Assembly (NCBI GenBank): GCA_043805735.1
Contig: JAZDHS010000004.1
Location: forward strand, 583-64,582
DNA: 64,000 nt
Reading direction: 5' to 3'
DNA from: Candidatus Omnitrophota bacterium
GTDB taxonomy: Bacteria; Omnitrophota; Gorgyraeia; JAFGHF01
Numbering within the stretch: position 1 is the stretch's first letter; each line of letters begins with the position of its first letter. Below, piece after piece: positions 32,195-41,158 of this stretch. The position numbers and the translations under genes were made by a program. The notes beneath the pieces are model-generated. The model was given only the letters and a program-made list of their open reading frames with translations, ran no database searches and was not told the origin of the DNA.

Positions 32195-32958
32195 AGCCGA
32201 TACTGTTACAATTGGGGCCGATTAGCGTCTTTGCATATGGGTTAATGGTTTCCTGCGCTTTTCTCATTGGGACATATCTGGCTCAGCGCGAAGCCACGCG
32301 CCAAAACCTACCGGCGCAAAAGATTATTGATCTTTCTTTGTGCATCGTGATTAGCGGTGTAGTTGGCGCGCGACTGTTATACGTTTTGCAGAATATCCAG
32401 TTTTATCGTGTCTATCCACTGCGTATCGTAATGTTACATGAAGGGGGCTTAAGTTTCTTTGGCGGTTTTTTTGTCGCGCTCGCCGCTACCCTGATTTTCC
32501 TGCGGATCCAGCGCTTGCCCGCCTGGACAGTGTTGGATATCTTTGTGCCTTATTTGGCGTTAGGCCAGGCCATCGGCCGCATCGGTTGCCTGCTCAATGG
32601 CTGTTGCTTCGGAAAAGTCACGACTGCTTTTGGGGCGATTTGTTTCCCGGGCGAAACGATTTGCCGTTATCCGATACAGGTTTATAATTCTTTGCTTTTG
32701 TTGGCGCTTTATATAGTGCTTAGGTACCGCCAAAAGCGCGGCCAAACCTTTCCTGGGCAGCTCTTCCTTTTATATTGTATTCTTTATAGCACAATCCGTT
32801 TTATCAGCGAATTTTTCCGCGGTGACCATACTGCGGTAATTGGCTGGCTTACGCTGCACCAAATATTTAGCCTTATGGTCTTTACGATGGCGGGAGTATG
32901 GTTATGGAAAAAACAGAACAATTTTGTTTTACGGTTACCGATGAAGACCAAGGCCTAA
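32191..32958 (+). CDS. lgt: prolipoprotein diacylglyceryl transferase
   Basis: GARL.Y, GGLSFFGG, GQAIGRIGC..NGCCFG, RFISEFFR. Confidence 0.93.
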   Translation: MKPILLQLGPISVFAYGLMVSCAFLIGTYLAQREATRQNLPAQKIIDLSLCIVISGVVGARLLYVLQNIQFYRVYPLRIVMLHEGGLSFFGGFFVALAATLIFLRIQRLPAWTVLDIFVPYLALGQAIGRIGCLLNGCCFGKVTTAFGAICFPGETICRYPIQVYNSLLLLALYIVLRYRQKRGQTFPGQLFLLYCILYSTIRFISEFFRGDHTAVIGWLTLHQIFSLMVFTMAGVWLWKKQNNFVLRLPMKTKA

Positions 32959-33815
32959 GACTCGATTGCTATCTGCAGAAAAAAATTACGCTTGAGCTTT
33001 CACGCTCCCGCCTGCAGTCGCTGATTAAAGCGGCTAAGGTAACGCTCAACTCCCAAGCGGTCAAGCCCGGTCATAAAGTCAGAAGCGGCGATATTATCAA
33101 TGTCGACATCCCGCCGGACGCACCGGTCCAGGCCCAAGCGGAAAATATTCCCATCGATCTGGTGTTTGAGGATGAGGATATCCTGGTGGTAAATAAGCCG
33201 GCCGGAATGGTCACGCATCCGGGGGTGGGAAATAATACGCACACCCTGGTCAACGCCTTGCTTCATTATGGTTGTACGCTTTCAAGCGTAAATGGGCCAC
33301 TGCGGCCGGGGATTGTCCACCGTTTAGATAAAGATACAAGCGGCCTGATGGTAATCGCTAAAAACGACCGCGCGCATCATCGCCTCAGCCGGCAGTTTCA
33401 AAAGCACAACGTAGAGAGGCGATATATTGCGATCGTAAAAGGCAAGGTTGAACACGACGAAGGAGTTATTGACGCTCCTTTAGCCCGGGATCCGTTACAC
33501 CGCAAGCAATTCGTGGTCGGTTTACACAACAGTAGGGATGCGCTGACCCGTTTCAAAGTAGTCAAAAGGTACAGCCAACTTAGCCTGGTAGAATTAACAC
33601 CCTATACCGGCAGAACACACCAACTGCGGGTACACCTGAAGTTCTTGGGCCATCCCATTCTCGGTGATGAGCGCTATGGTAAGAGGGGAGAATTCAGCCG
33701 GATGGCCCTTCATGCTACGGGGTTGGGATTTCGCCACCCCCTAACCAAGGAAATGGTTCGCTTTAGCTCGGAAATTCCCGCCGATTTTACCCGCTATCTC
33801 GATTCTCTGAAGTAA
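32898..33815 (+). CDS. rluD: RluA/RluD family 23S rRNA pseudouridine synthase
   Basis: S4 domain, VNKPAG, HRLDKDTSG, TGRTHQLR. Confidence 0.9.
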   Translation: MVMEKTEQFCFTVTDEDQGLRLDCYLQKKITLELSRSRLQSLIKAAKVTLNSQAVKPGHKVRSGDIINVDIPPDAPVQAQAENIPIDLVFEDEDILVVNKPAGMVTHPGVGNNTHTLVNALLHYGCTLSSVNGPLRPGIVHRLDKDTSGLMVIAKNDRAHHRLSRQFQKHNVERRYIAIVKGKVEHDEGVIDAPLARDPLHRKQFVVGLHNSRDALTRFKVVKRYSQLSLVELTPYTGRTHQLRVHLKFLGHPILGDERYGKRGEFSRMALHATGLGFRHPLTKEMVRFSSEIPADFTRYLDSLK

Positions 33816-33827
33816 CCCTAATACTTC

Positions 33828-33855
33828 TTGCTTTTTTATCCGATTGTGCTATACT
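33828..33855 (+). promoter_or_regulatory. candidate promoter for (probably leaderless) aroA
   Basis: TTGCTT (33828-33833), 16-bp spacer, TGn-TATACT (33850-33855); ATG 7 nt downstream. Confidence 0.55.
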
Positions 33856-33862
33856 GCAAACT

Positions 33863-35164
33863 ATGTCAACTGTTACTATAGAGCCGAAAAGACTGCAGGG
33901 CGAAGTAACCCCACCAGCTGACAAATCCATCTCCCATCGCGCGATTATCCTTGGTGCTTTGGCCCAGGGAAAAACCGTAATCAAAAACCTCTCACTGTGC
34001 GATGATTGTACCCGTACTTTAGAAGCCTTTAAGCAAATGGGCATCGCGATTGTCCAGGAAAAAGGCTATTTTTACATTGCGGGTGAGGGTTTGGCCGGCC
34101 TGCGAAAACCTCCACTAGGATTGTACTTAGGAAATTCCGGGACCTCGATGCGCCTGATCCTTGGTGTGTTAGCGGGCCAGGATTTTCGCTGCGAACTTTC
34201 CGGAGATGAATCGCTTTCCCGCCGGCCGATGAAGCGCGTCACCGAACCCTTAACGCAGATGGGGGCAAAAATTAGCGGTAAAGACGAGGCCAACTTTGCG
34301 CCTCTAACCATTGAAGGCGGTAAGCTAAAACCGATTACTTATGAAACCCCGATGGCCAGTGCCCAGGTAAAATCGGCTATTCTTTTAGCCGGGCTTTATG
34401 CTGAAGGCCAAACCAAGGTTGCGTTTCAGCAGCATTCAAGAGACCATAGCGAAAGAATGCTCAAAAAATTTGGCGCCCACCTCCAAACTAAAGGACATTC
34501 AGTAACTATAGAGGGAAGGGCTATCTTGGCCGCTCAAGAGATCGAAGTTCCTGGGGATATTTCCTCAGCCAGTTTCTTTCTGGCCGGGGCCAGTATTAAT
34601 CCTGGTTCACAAGTGCGTGTTCGTGCGGTCGGGCTTAACCCGACACGCACCGCCTTTTTAGAAACTTTAGGCAAAATGGGCGCTCAGGTAAAAGTGACTT
34701 ACCTAAATACCCAGATGAGTAAGAGCAATTATGCTGATGAAGCGGTTGGTGAAGTGGTGGCGGCAGCGAGTGCGCTCAAGGGCATTCGTATTGAACCCCA
34801 AGAGGTGCCTTTACTGATCGATGAATTACCGATTTTTATGGTCGTCGCCACACAGGCTGATGGTGAGACGGTGATTCGCGGGGCCGGTGAATTAAGGGTT
34901 AAGGAAACCGATCGTATTCAGTCTATGGTGGTCAACCTCTCCCGATTAGGGGCGCAGATTGTTAATGAGGGCAATGATATTATTATTCGCGGCCCGACCA
35001 AACTTAAAGGAGCAGAGGTAGAAAGCTTCCTGGATCACCGCACGGCAATGAGCATGGCGATTGCCGGCTTAGTGGCTCAAGGGCCAACCACGATCAAGGA
35101 TGTTGAATGTGTCGATATTTCTTTCCCCGGCTTCTTTAACCTCCTGGCCCAGCTTTCATGTTAA
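33863..35164 (+). CDS. aroA: EPSP synthase
   Basis: DKSISHR, GNSGTSMR, RRPM, SAQVKS, ELRVKETDRI, DHR.AM. Confidence 0.98.
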   Translation: MSTVTIEPKRLQGEVTPPADKSISHRAIILGALAQGKTVIKNLSLCDDCTRTLEAFKQMGIAIVQEKGYFYIAGEGLAGLRKPPLGLYLGNSGTSMRLILGVLAGQDFRCELSGDESLSRRPMKRVTEPLTQMGAKISGKDEANFAPLTIEGGKLKPITYETPMASAQVKSAILLAGLYAEGQTKVAFQQHSRDHSERMLKKFGAHLQTKGHSVTIEGRAILAAQEIEVPGDISSASFFLAGASINPGSQVRVRAVGLNPTRTAFLETLGKMGAQVKVTYLNTQMSKSNYADEAVGEVVAAASALKGIRIEPQEVPLLIDELPIFMVVATQADGETVIRGAGELRVKETDRIQSMVVNLSRLGAQIVNEGNDIIIRGPTKLKGAEVESFLDHRTAMSMAIAGLVAQGPTTIKDVECVDISFPGFFNLLAQLSC

Positions 35165-35168
35165 GTTC

Positions 35169-35197
35169 TTGACAAGGTATTACTGGTCTGATAGAAT
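35169..35197 (+). promoter_or_regulatory. sigma70 promoter of the mre operon
   Basis: TTGACA (35169-35174), 17-bp spacer, TGn-TAGAAT (35192-35197). Confidence 0.8.
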
Positions 35198-35222
35198 TGT
35201 CCAATAAGAAAGAGCAAAAGAG

Positions 35223-36305
35223 GTGCCCATGAATGTCCTACAGAAAATCTGGAAACAATTAGCAAGGGCTTTCAACTACGTGATGGGGTTGTTTTCCAAC
35301 GACATGGGAATCGACCTTGGTACGGCCACCACCCTGGTATTTGTCAAAGGTGCCGGCGTGGTGCTCTGCGAGCCTTCCGTAGTAGCCATTCAGAAGGGAA
35401 CCAACCGGGTCTTGGCGGTAGGTGAGGAAGCCAAACGGATGTTAGGGCGCACTCCCGGCAATATCGTGGCAATCCGTCCGATGAAAGACGGGGTTATTGC
35501 CGACTTTGAAATTACGGAAAGCATGTTACGCTATTTTATCAAGAAAGTGCATAATCGCCGCGTCTTGGTCCGTCCCCGGATGATTATTGCCATTCCTTCC
35601 GGCATTACCGAAGTAGAGAAAAGGGCAGTTAAAGAATCAGCGGAGCATGCCGGGGCGCGCGAGGTCTTTTTAGTCGAAGAGCCAATTGCCGCGGCCGTCG
35701 GGGTGGGGCTGCCGATCCAAGAACCGGCCGGCAATATGATTATCGATATCGGCGGCGGCACTACGGAGATGGCGGTGATTTCTCTGGCTGGTATTGTCTT
35801 TGCCAAAAGTATCCGCATTGGCGGAGATGAAATGGACGAGGCGATTATTGAACACCTAAAGAAGACCTATAACCTGATGATTGGCGAAAGAACCGCCGAA
35901 GATATTAAGATAAAAATTGGTTCGGCCTATCCTCTCGATGAAGAATTGACGCTGGAAGTAAAGGGCCGGGACTTGGTTGCCGGTTTGCCGAAAGTGATTA
36001 CTATTTCTTCCGAAGAAATCCGTGAAGCCCTATCGGGTCCGATTAATGCGATCGTGGAAGCGACAATGATTACCTTAGAGCGTACACCTCCTGAGCTTTC
36101 GGCCGATTTAATTGAGCGTGGCATAGTGATGGCCGGCGGCGGTTCGCTTTTACGGGGAATCGATAAATTAATTTCTGAAGAAACCGGCCTGCCCGTGCAT
36201 GTCGCTGATGATCCGATTACCTCCGTGGCCTTGGGCACAGGCAAGGTTCTTGAAGAGATACGTTACCTGAAGAAGCTGCTCGTTCCTTCTCGGGTGGAAT
36301 TATAA
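35223..36305 (+). CDS. mreB: rod shape-determining actin MreB
   Basis: [27 protein letters not shown]; start could be ATG 35229. Confidence 0.98.
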   Translation: MPMNVLQKIWKQLARAFNYVMGLFSNDMGIDLGTATTLVFVKGAGVVLCEPSVVAIQKGTNRVLAVGEEAKRMLGRTPGNIVAIRPMKDGVIADFEITESMLRYFIKKVHNRRVLVRPRMIIAIPSGITEVEKRAVKESAEHAGAREVFLVEEPIAAAVGVGLPIQEPAGNMIIDIGGGTTEMAVISLAGIVFAKSIRIGGDEMDEAIIEHLKKTYNLMIGERTAEDIKIKIGSAYPLDEELTLEVKGRDLVAGLPKVITISSEEIREALSGPINAIVEATMITLERTPPELSADLIERGIVMAGGGSLLRGIDKLISEETGLPVHVADDPITSVALGTGKVLEEIRYLKKLLVPSRVEL

Positions 36306-36344
36306 GCTAAGCCTTTAATATAGGCTTGATTTGAAGGTACAGCT

Positions 36345-37145
36345 GTGAGGCTTAGGTGGCTGAAGAATTTAAACCCCGCCGTCAAAAGCATTATTGTTTT
36401 TACGCTTGTCGTTATACTCTTCGTTTTTTATATCCCGCTTGCTGAATTTATTGGTCCGCCGCTTTTATCTTTCTTTGCCCCGTTTTTCCAACTTGCCGCT
36501 GATGTGTCGGTCTCGGCCCGCACGATGCTGCAATTTCACAACCTCACCGCAGGTAACCAACAGTTAACCAACGAAATAGCTAACCTCAACGCGCAATTGG
36601 TCCATATGCAGGAGATATTGCGCGAGAATGATCGGTTACGCTCGCTCTGGTCATTGCCGGATCGCAGCGACTTCTCTTTACAGGTCGCTTTAGTCATCGC
36701 GGCCGACTCGTCCAATTGGACCGATACGATCACAATTGATAAGGGGACAAACAACGCGATCAAAAAAGGCGCGGCCTGTATTCTGGAGAACGCGTTGGTA
36801 GGAATGATCATCGAAGCACACTCATCCTCCAGTAAAGTGGCGCTACTCACCGATATTAACGCTAAAGTCCCGGCGATGATTCAGCGCACCAGGGAAGAAG
36901 GGCTGGTCTCGGGTGGAGTGGAAGGCCGACGTGGTATCTGTAAAATGAAATACCTACGGGATGTAGAGGTCGGAGACAAGGTTATTTCTTCGAGCCTGGG
37001 AGGAATGTACCCCAAAGGGCTCTTAATCGGTGAGGTTACCGCGGTGGTCGATGAAAAAAGTGATACCCAGTTTAAAACAGTCGAAGTCCGGCCGACCGTG
37101 GAATTGCATGCCCTGGAGGAAGTAATGGTGATTATCGGGCCATGA
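36345..37145 (+). CDS. mreC: rod shape-determining protein MreC
   Basis: TM plus coiled coil (ENDRLR), IDKG, GG.YPKGL.IG. Confidence 0.93.
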   Translation: MRLRWLKNLNPAVKSIIVFTLVVILFVFYIPLAEFIGPPLLSFFAPFFQLAADVSVSARTMLQFHNLTAGNQQLTNEIANLNAQLVHMQEILRENDRLRSLWSLPDRSDFSLQVALVIAADSSNWTDTITIDKGTNNAIKKGAACILENALVGMIIEAHSSSSKVALLTDINAKVPAMIQRTREEGLVSGGVEGRRGICKMKYLRDVEVGDKVISSSLGGMYPKGLLIGEVTAVVDEKSDTQFKTVEVRPTVELHALEEVMVIIGP

Positions 37146-37645
37146 AAGTACGGCTGTTTGTGCTTTTTATCCTGGCGCTGGGATTTGTGCTGGCGCAAAG
37201 TACGCTGGTGCGGGTGGTAACTCTTTTTGGGGTCAAGCCCGATATCGTCGTGATTCTGGTAATGTTTATCAGTCTCTGGTATGGCCGAATAAATGCCGCA
37301 CTCATTGGCCTATTCTGCGGATTTTTTGTCGAGATAACCTCGGGGTTGCCTGCCGGAGCGGCCCTGGGCCCTTATGTATTAGGCGGTTTAATCCTCGCCC
37401 ATCTTGCCAGTGTAGTTTGGTATACGCAATGGTATACTCAAAGAGTCGGCGGGCAAATGCTGATTGCTTTTTTGTTTACATTTACGATATATCTGTTCCA
37501 GTTCTTTCTGCTGCGCCCGGCGGCGATAGAGCTTTCCTTGCTTAGCGCCCTGGTCGGGATTATCCTGCCCGTCTCTTTGTATACGGCAGGAGTTTCGCCG
37601 TTATTATTTTATTTGTTAAACACAATAGCCGCCCCTTTACGGTGA
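37142..37645 (+). CDS. mreD: rod shape-determining protein MreD
   Basis: Polytopic membrane protein with KPD motif between mreC and mrdA. Confidence 0.88.
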   Translation: MKVRLFVLFILALGFVLAQSTLVRVVTLFGVKPDIVVILVMFISLWYGRINAALIGLFCGFFVEITSGLPAGAALGPYVLGGLILAHLASVVWYTQWYTQRVGGQMLIAFLFTFTIYLFQFFLLRPAAIELSLLSALVGIILPVSLYTAGVSPLLFYLLNTIAAPLR

Positions 37646-37655
37646 GCCCGCTCCT

Positions 37656-39386
37656 ATGCGCATCGGTCTTTTAAAACGGATTACGATTGCCCTTTTTCTC
37701 TTTCTGATCGCCAGCCTCGCCTATAACCAGGTGATCCGCGGCCCCTACTACTTTCAGTTAAGCCAGAACAACCGCATTAAATTGATTAAAATGGATGCCC
37801 CGCGCGGTTTTATTTATGACCGGCAAGGCCGGGTAGTAGCGGGACTGCGCCTGGTCTTCAACGTTGCGGTGTTGCCCCAAGAGGTAGAGGATATCAAAAA
37901 AACGATTGCCGCGATCAGTCCTTTAGCCGGCGTTTCCGAATCGGCATTAATGCAATATTATAAGAATAACTTTTTTGCCCCTTTTCTTCCGGTCGTGATT
38001 CTCCACGATGTACCTAAAGAAAAAGCTATCCTTTTGGAGTGCCAGGAGTTTCGTATCCCGGGCCTGTTGATTCAAACTCAACCGCTGAGGAATTACCCAT
38101 ACGGCAAAAGTATCAGCCATCTCCTCGGGTATTTGGGTAAAATTACCAAGGAAGAACTGCGGCAGTTGAAGGAATATGGTGTTTGGGACCGCGATATCTT
38201 GGGTCGAACCGGAGTGGAAGGGCAGCTTGACCCGTTCTTAAGAGGTCAAACCGGCGGTAGACAAATAGAAGTGAACAATCGCGGCCGTCAGGTCCGGGAA
38301 TTGGGGGTAAAACAGCCGTTGCCGGGTGAGGATTTATATTTAACTATTGATGCTGAGCTACAGGCGTTGATCGGTCGTTTAATGGAAGGGCATAGCGGTG
38401 CCTGCGTAGTGCTTGATCCGCGCAACGGTGAAATTTTAGCCATGGTTAGTGAGCCCAGTTTTGACCCTCAGATTTTTGTGATGGCGCTGAACAATAAGAC
38501 CGAAGCGGCGCGAACAGTTTCACGCTACCTTAGTTCCGGCGAAGGCGTGTTGGTTAATCGGGCTATCTCGGGCGCATATCCCGCAGGTTCCATTTTTAAA
38601 ATCGTGGTCGCCGTCGCCGGCTTAGAAACTAATGCGATTACGCCCAATTCCACAACGCAATGCACCGGCAGCATCAGGGTGGGGAATCGTTCCTTTAATT
38701 GCTGGAAACTGGATGGCCACGGTACAGAGAATATCTATACTGCCTTGGCCCATTCCTGTAACGTATTTTTTTATCGCTTGGGCCTTGCGCTTGGGCCGGA
38801 TAAGATTGCCCTTTTTGCCCGTAGCTTTGGTTTGGGTGAGCGTTCCGGCATCGATCTATCCGCGGAAGCGGCCGGCAATGTTCCTTCAAAAATATGGAAA
38901 CTAAAGACTAAAAAAGAAAAATGGTACGATGGAGAAACCGCTAATCTGGCCATCGGGCAAGGATATCTTTTGGTCACGCCGCTGCAGATGGCACGGCTGA
39001 TTGCCGCCATTGCCAACGGCGGATATCGCGTTAGGCCGCATCTGGTCAAAAAGTTTGAGGATAAAGAAACAGCGGTAGTGCGGGAAAAGTTGGCGCTTAA
39101 ACCCTCCACTTTAGAAGTGATTAGAGAAGGGATGCGCATGGTTGTGCAAAATGATGACGGGACCGGCCACCGGGCGTATATTAGTGGAGTGCAGTGGGCG
39201 GCTAAGACCGGTACTGCCCAGGCTGGAACGGGAACGGCGCATGGGTGGTTTGGCGGATTCTATCCCTTTCATGATCCCCGCTTGGCCATAGTTGTTTTTT
39301 TGGAACACGGCGGAAGCGGAGGAGATGTACCGGCGCTCATCGCGCGAGAAATTGTCGAATATTTCCGGACCAATAAAGTGAACTAA
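37656..39386 (+). CDS. mrdA: penicillin-binding protein 2
   Basis: PRGFIYDR, GSIFK, SCN, KTGTAQ; position in the mre operon. Confidence 0.95.
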   Translation: MRIGLLKRITIALFLFLIASLAYNQVIRGPYYFQLSQNNRIKLIKMDAPRGFIYDRQGRVVAGLRLVFNVAVLPQEVEDIKKTIAAISPLAGVSESALMQYYKNNFFAPFLPVVILHDVPKEKAILLECQEFRIPGLLIQTQPLRNYPYGKSISHLLGYLGKITKEELRQLKEYGVWDRDILGRTGVEGQLDPFLRGQTGGRQIEVNNRGRQVRELGVKQPLPGEDLYLTIDAELQALIGRLMEGHSGACVVLDPRNGEILAMVSEPSFDPQIFVMALNNKTEAARTVSRYLSSGEGVLVNRAISGAYPAGSIFKIVVAVAGLETNAITPNSTTQCTGSIRVGNRSFNCWKLDGHGTENIYTALAHSCNVFFYRLGLALGPDKIALFARSFGLGERSGIDLSAEAAGNVPSKIWKLKTKKEKWYDGETANLAIGQGYLLVTPLQMARLIAAIANGGYRVRPHLVKKFEDKETAVVREKLALKPSTLEVIREGMRMVVQNDDGTGHRAYISGVQWAAKTGTAQAGTGTAHGWFGGFYPFHDPRLAIVVFLEHGGSGGDVPALIAREIVEYFRTNKVN

Positions 39387-39390
39387 CCCT

Positions 39391-40527
39391 ATGTTTGATC
39401 ATTATCGCCGCGATTTTGATGTGGTCTTATTTGTCAGCCTGTTGCTTATTTTTGCGATTGGCCTGGCCTTTTTACATAGCGCCAGTTATAAACGCTATTC
39501 GACACGGGAAGAGTATCTTCAGGAAAGCCTGGTAGTAAAGCAGATGTTGCGTTTTGTCCTTGCTCTCATTGCGGGGATTCTCGTAATCAGGATCGGCCAT
39601 CAGAAATTACTTGAATTTGCCTATGTTCTATATGGTCTGAATATTTTGTTATTAGTTTTGGTCTTACTTTTGGGCGAGACCAGGTTAGGGGCGCAGCGCT
39701 GGATTAAACTGGGGATGATTGGTTTTCAGCCTTCGGAGTTCAGTAAGCTCATCATCGTGTTTACCTTGGCCCGTTATCTTGGACAGAAAGAAAGCGCTTT
39801 AGGAAGAGATTTGTTTTGGCAGGGCGGTTGGCGCAATAGCGGGGTCTTGGCCAGCGCCTTTTTGCTGGTTGGCATTCCTTTTATATTAATTATGAAACAG
39901 CCGGATTTAGGCACCGCTCTTACCCTCGTTCCCATTCTTTTGACGCTATTGTATGTCTGGGGCGTCTCTTTTAAAACCCTAGCCCTGCTTTCGTTGCCCG
40001 CGGTTTTGGCTTCGCCTTTTTTATGGCAGATGCTTAAGCCCTACCAAAAAAGAAGAATTCTGGTGTTTATTAATCCTAATGCCGATCCCTTGGGAGCGGG
40101 CTATACGATTATTCAATCGAAGATTGCGATTGGCTCAGGGGGGTTATTCGGTAAAGGGTGGCTGGCCGGAACACAAAACCAATTGAATTTTTTGCCCGAA
40201 CGCCACACCGATTTTATCTTTTCAATAGTCGGGGAAGAGTGGGGGTTTATCGGGGCGGCATTACTTTTAGTTTTATACATTGTCTTAATCTCCCGGGCTT
40301 TTTTGATTGCCCAGCGTACTCTTTATTCATCATCTCGCCTTTTAGCCTGCGGCATAATTGTCGTGTTGGTATTCCAGGTAGTGGTCAATATCGCGATGAC
40401 GATGGGCCTGGTTCCGGTGGTTGGCCTACCTTTGCCGCTGATTAGTTATGGCGGCTCATCCCTGTTTATGACTGTTGTTTCGCTGTCCTTACTCTTAAGT
40501 ATCGGGATGAGAAGGTCAGTATTCTAA
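39391..40527 (+). CDS. rodA: SEDS protein RodA
   Basis: GAQRWI, QPSEF.K, QPDLGT, LPERHTDFIFS, LPLISYGGSS. Confidence 0.96.
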   Translation: MFDHYRRDFDVVLFVSLLLIFAIGLAFLHSASYKRYSTREEYLQESLVVKQMLRFVLALIAGILVIRIGHQKLLEFAYVLYGLNILLLVLVLLLGETRLGAQRWIKLGMIGFQPSEFSKLIIVFTLARYLGQKESALGRDLFWQGGWRNSGVLASAFLLVGIPFILIMKQPDLGTALTLVPILLTLLYVWGVSFKTLALLSLPAVLASPFLWQMLKPYQKRRILVFINPNADPLGAGYTIIQSKIAIGSGGLFGKGWLAGTQNQLNFLPERHTDFIFSIVGEEWGFIGAALLLVLYIVLISRAFLIAQRTLYSSSRLLACGIIVVLVFQVVVNIAMTMGLVPVVGLPLPLISYGGSSLFMTVVSLSLLLSIGMRRSVF

Positions 40528-40606
40528 CATGTTTATTATTAATAGGTTATGTAAAAGATATCAACCCTAGCTATTGGTACAATGTGACAATTGGTCAGTT
40601 GTGCAC

Positions 40607-40635
40607 TTGACACTTGGTGCATTTTGTGCTATACT
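40607..40635 (+). promoter_or_regulatory. sigma70 promoter of the riboswitch-led pilus operon
   Basis: TTGACA (40607-40612), 17-bp spacer, TGn-TATACT (40630-40635). Confidence 0.85.
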
Positions 40636-40658
40636 TCCAGTGTCATTGACAAAAAGTA

Positions 40659-40746
40659 ACGTTTGAAAAAGGCAAACCATTTGTAAGAATGGGGCGCAAA
40701 GCCACAGGTCCCGTAACGTAACAGGGATAGCTGGGTTGCCAAGCGT
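40659..40746 (+). ncRNA. c-di-GMP-I (GEMM) riboswitch aptamer
   Basis: GGCAAACC..GTAA (GNRA loop)..GG.CGCAAAGCC...GGGTTGCC core; P1 ACGTTTG/CAAGCGT; G20-equivalent (40671) is G and C92-equivalent is C. Confidence 0.92.
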
Positions 40747-40767
40747 AGACAAAGAATATCAACATCC

Positions 40768-40795
40768 GGCCTTTGGCTTTGCCAAAGGCCTTTTT
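40768..40795 (+). terminator. intrinsic terminator (riboswitch expression platform)
   Basis: GGCCTTTGGC-TTT-GCCAAAGGCC 10-bp stem followed by TTTTT, 21 nt after the aptamer. Confidence 0.88.
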
Positions 40796-40816
40796 AATTG
40801 CGCAAAAGAGAAGACG

Positions 40817-41158
40817 ATGATTAAAAGACCAAACAATCCTAACGGTAATGCCCATCGCGTGATTACTTTCTTGACCCGCGATGAAATTGACTTTCTGGAT
40901 AAGATTGGCAAAGACGCCCTTTTTAGCTCCGGGATCAAACTTTCACGCAGTAAAATTATTTCCGCGATGGTTAATGTAATTCGTAAGCTCAATATTCAAG
41001 CCGATGGCCTGCATTCGAAAAAAGAGCTGGAGCATCGCATTATCGAAACGATAAAAAACCTGAATCTGACGCTGGCCGATAAATCCAAAAGGCAGCAGGA
41101 AAACAAAACGCCGCCAGCGAACGAGCATGAGGCTAAGGAACATGAACAAGCTTTTTAA
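40817..41158 (+). CDS. small ribbon-helix-helix-like putative DNA-binding protein
   Basis: Beta-strand HRVITFL, helix TRDEIDFLDKIGKD, LSRSKIISAMV helix (CopG/Arc-like pattern); ATG 40817 lies after the terminator. Confidence 0.65.
   Translation: MIKRPNNPNGNAHRVITFLTRDEIDFLDKIGKDALFSSGIKLSRSKIISAMVNVIRKLNIQADGLHSKKELEHRIIETIKNLNLTLADKSKRQQENKTPPANEHEAKEHEQAF

Noticed and set aside
40671-40671. cGAMP-sensing GEMM-Ib riboswitch variant
   Set aside because: The discriminating position is G, not A
40736-40816. N-terminal extension of the RHH-like ORF
   Set aside because: It runs through the aptamer end and terminator; ATG 40817 is the plausible start
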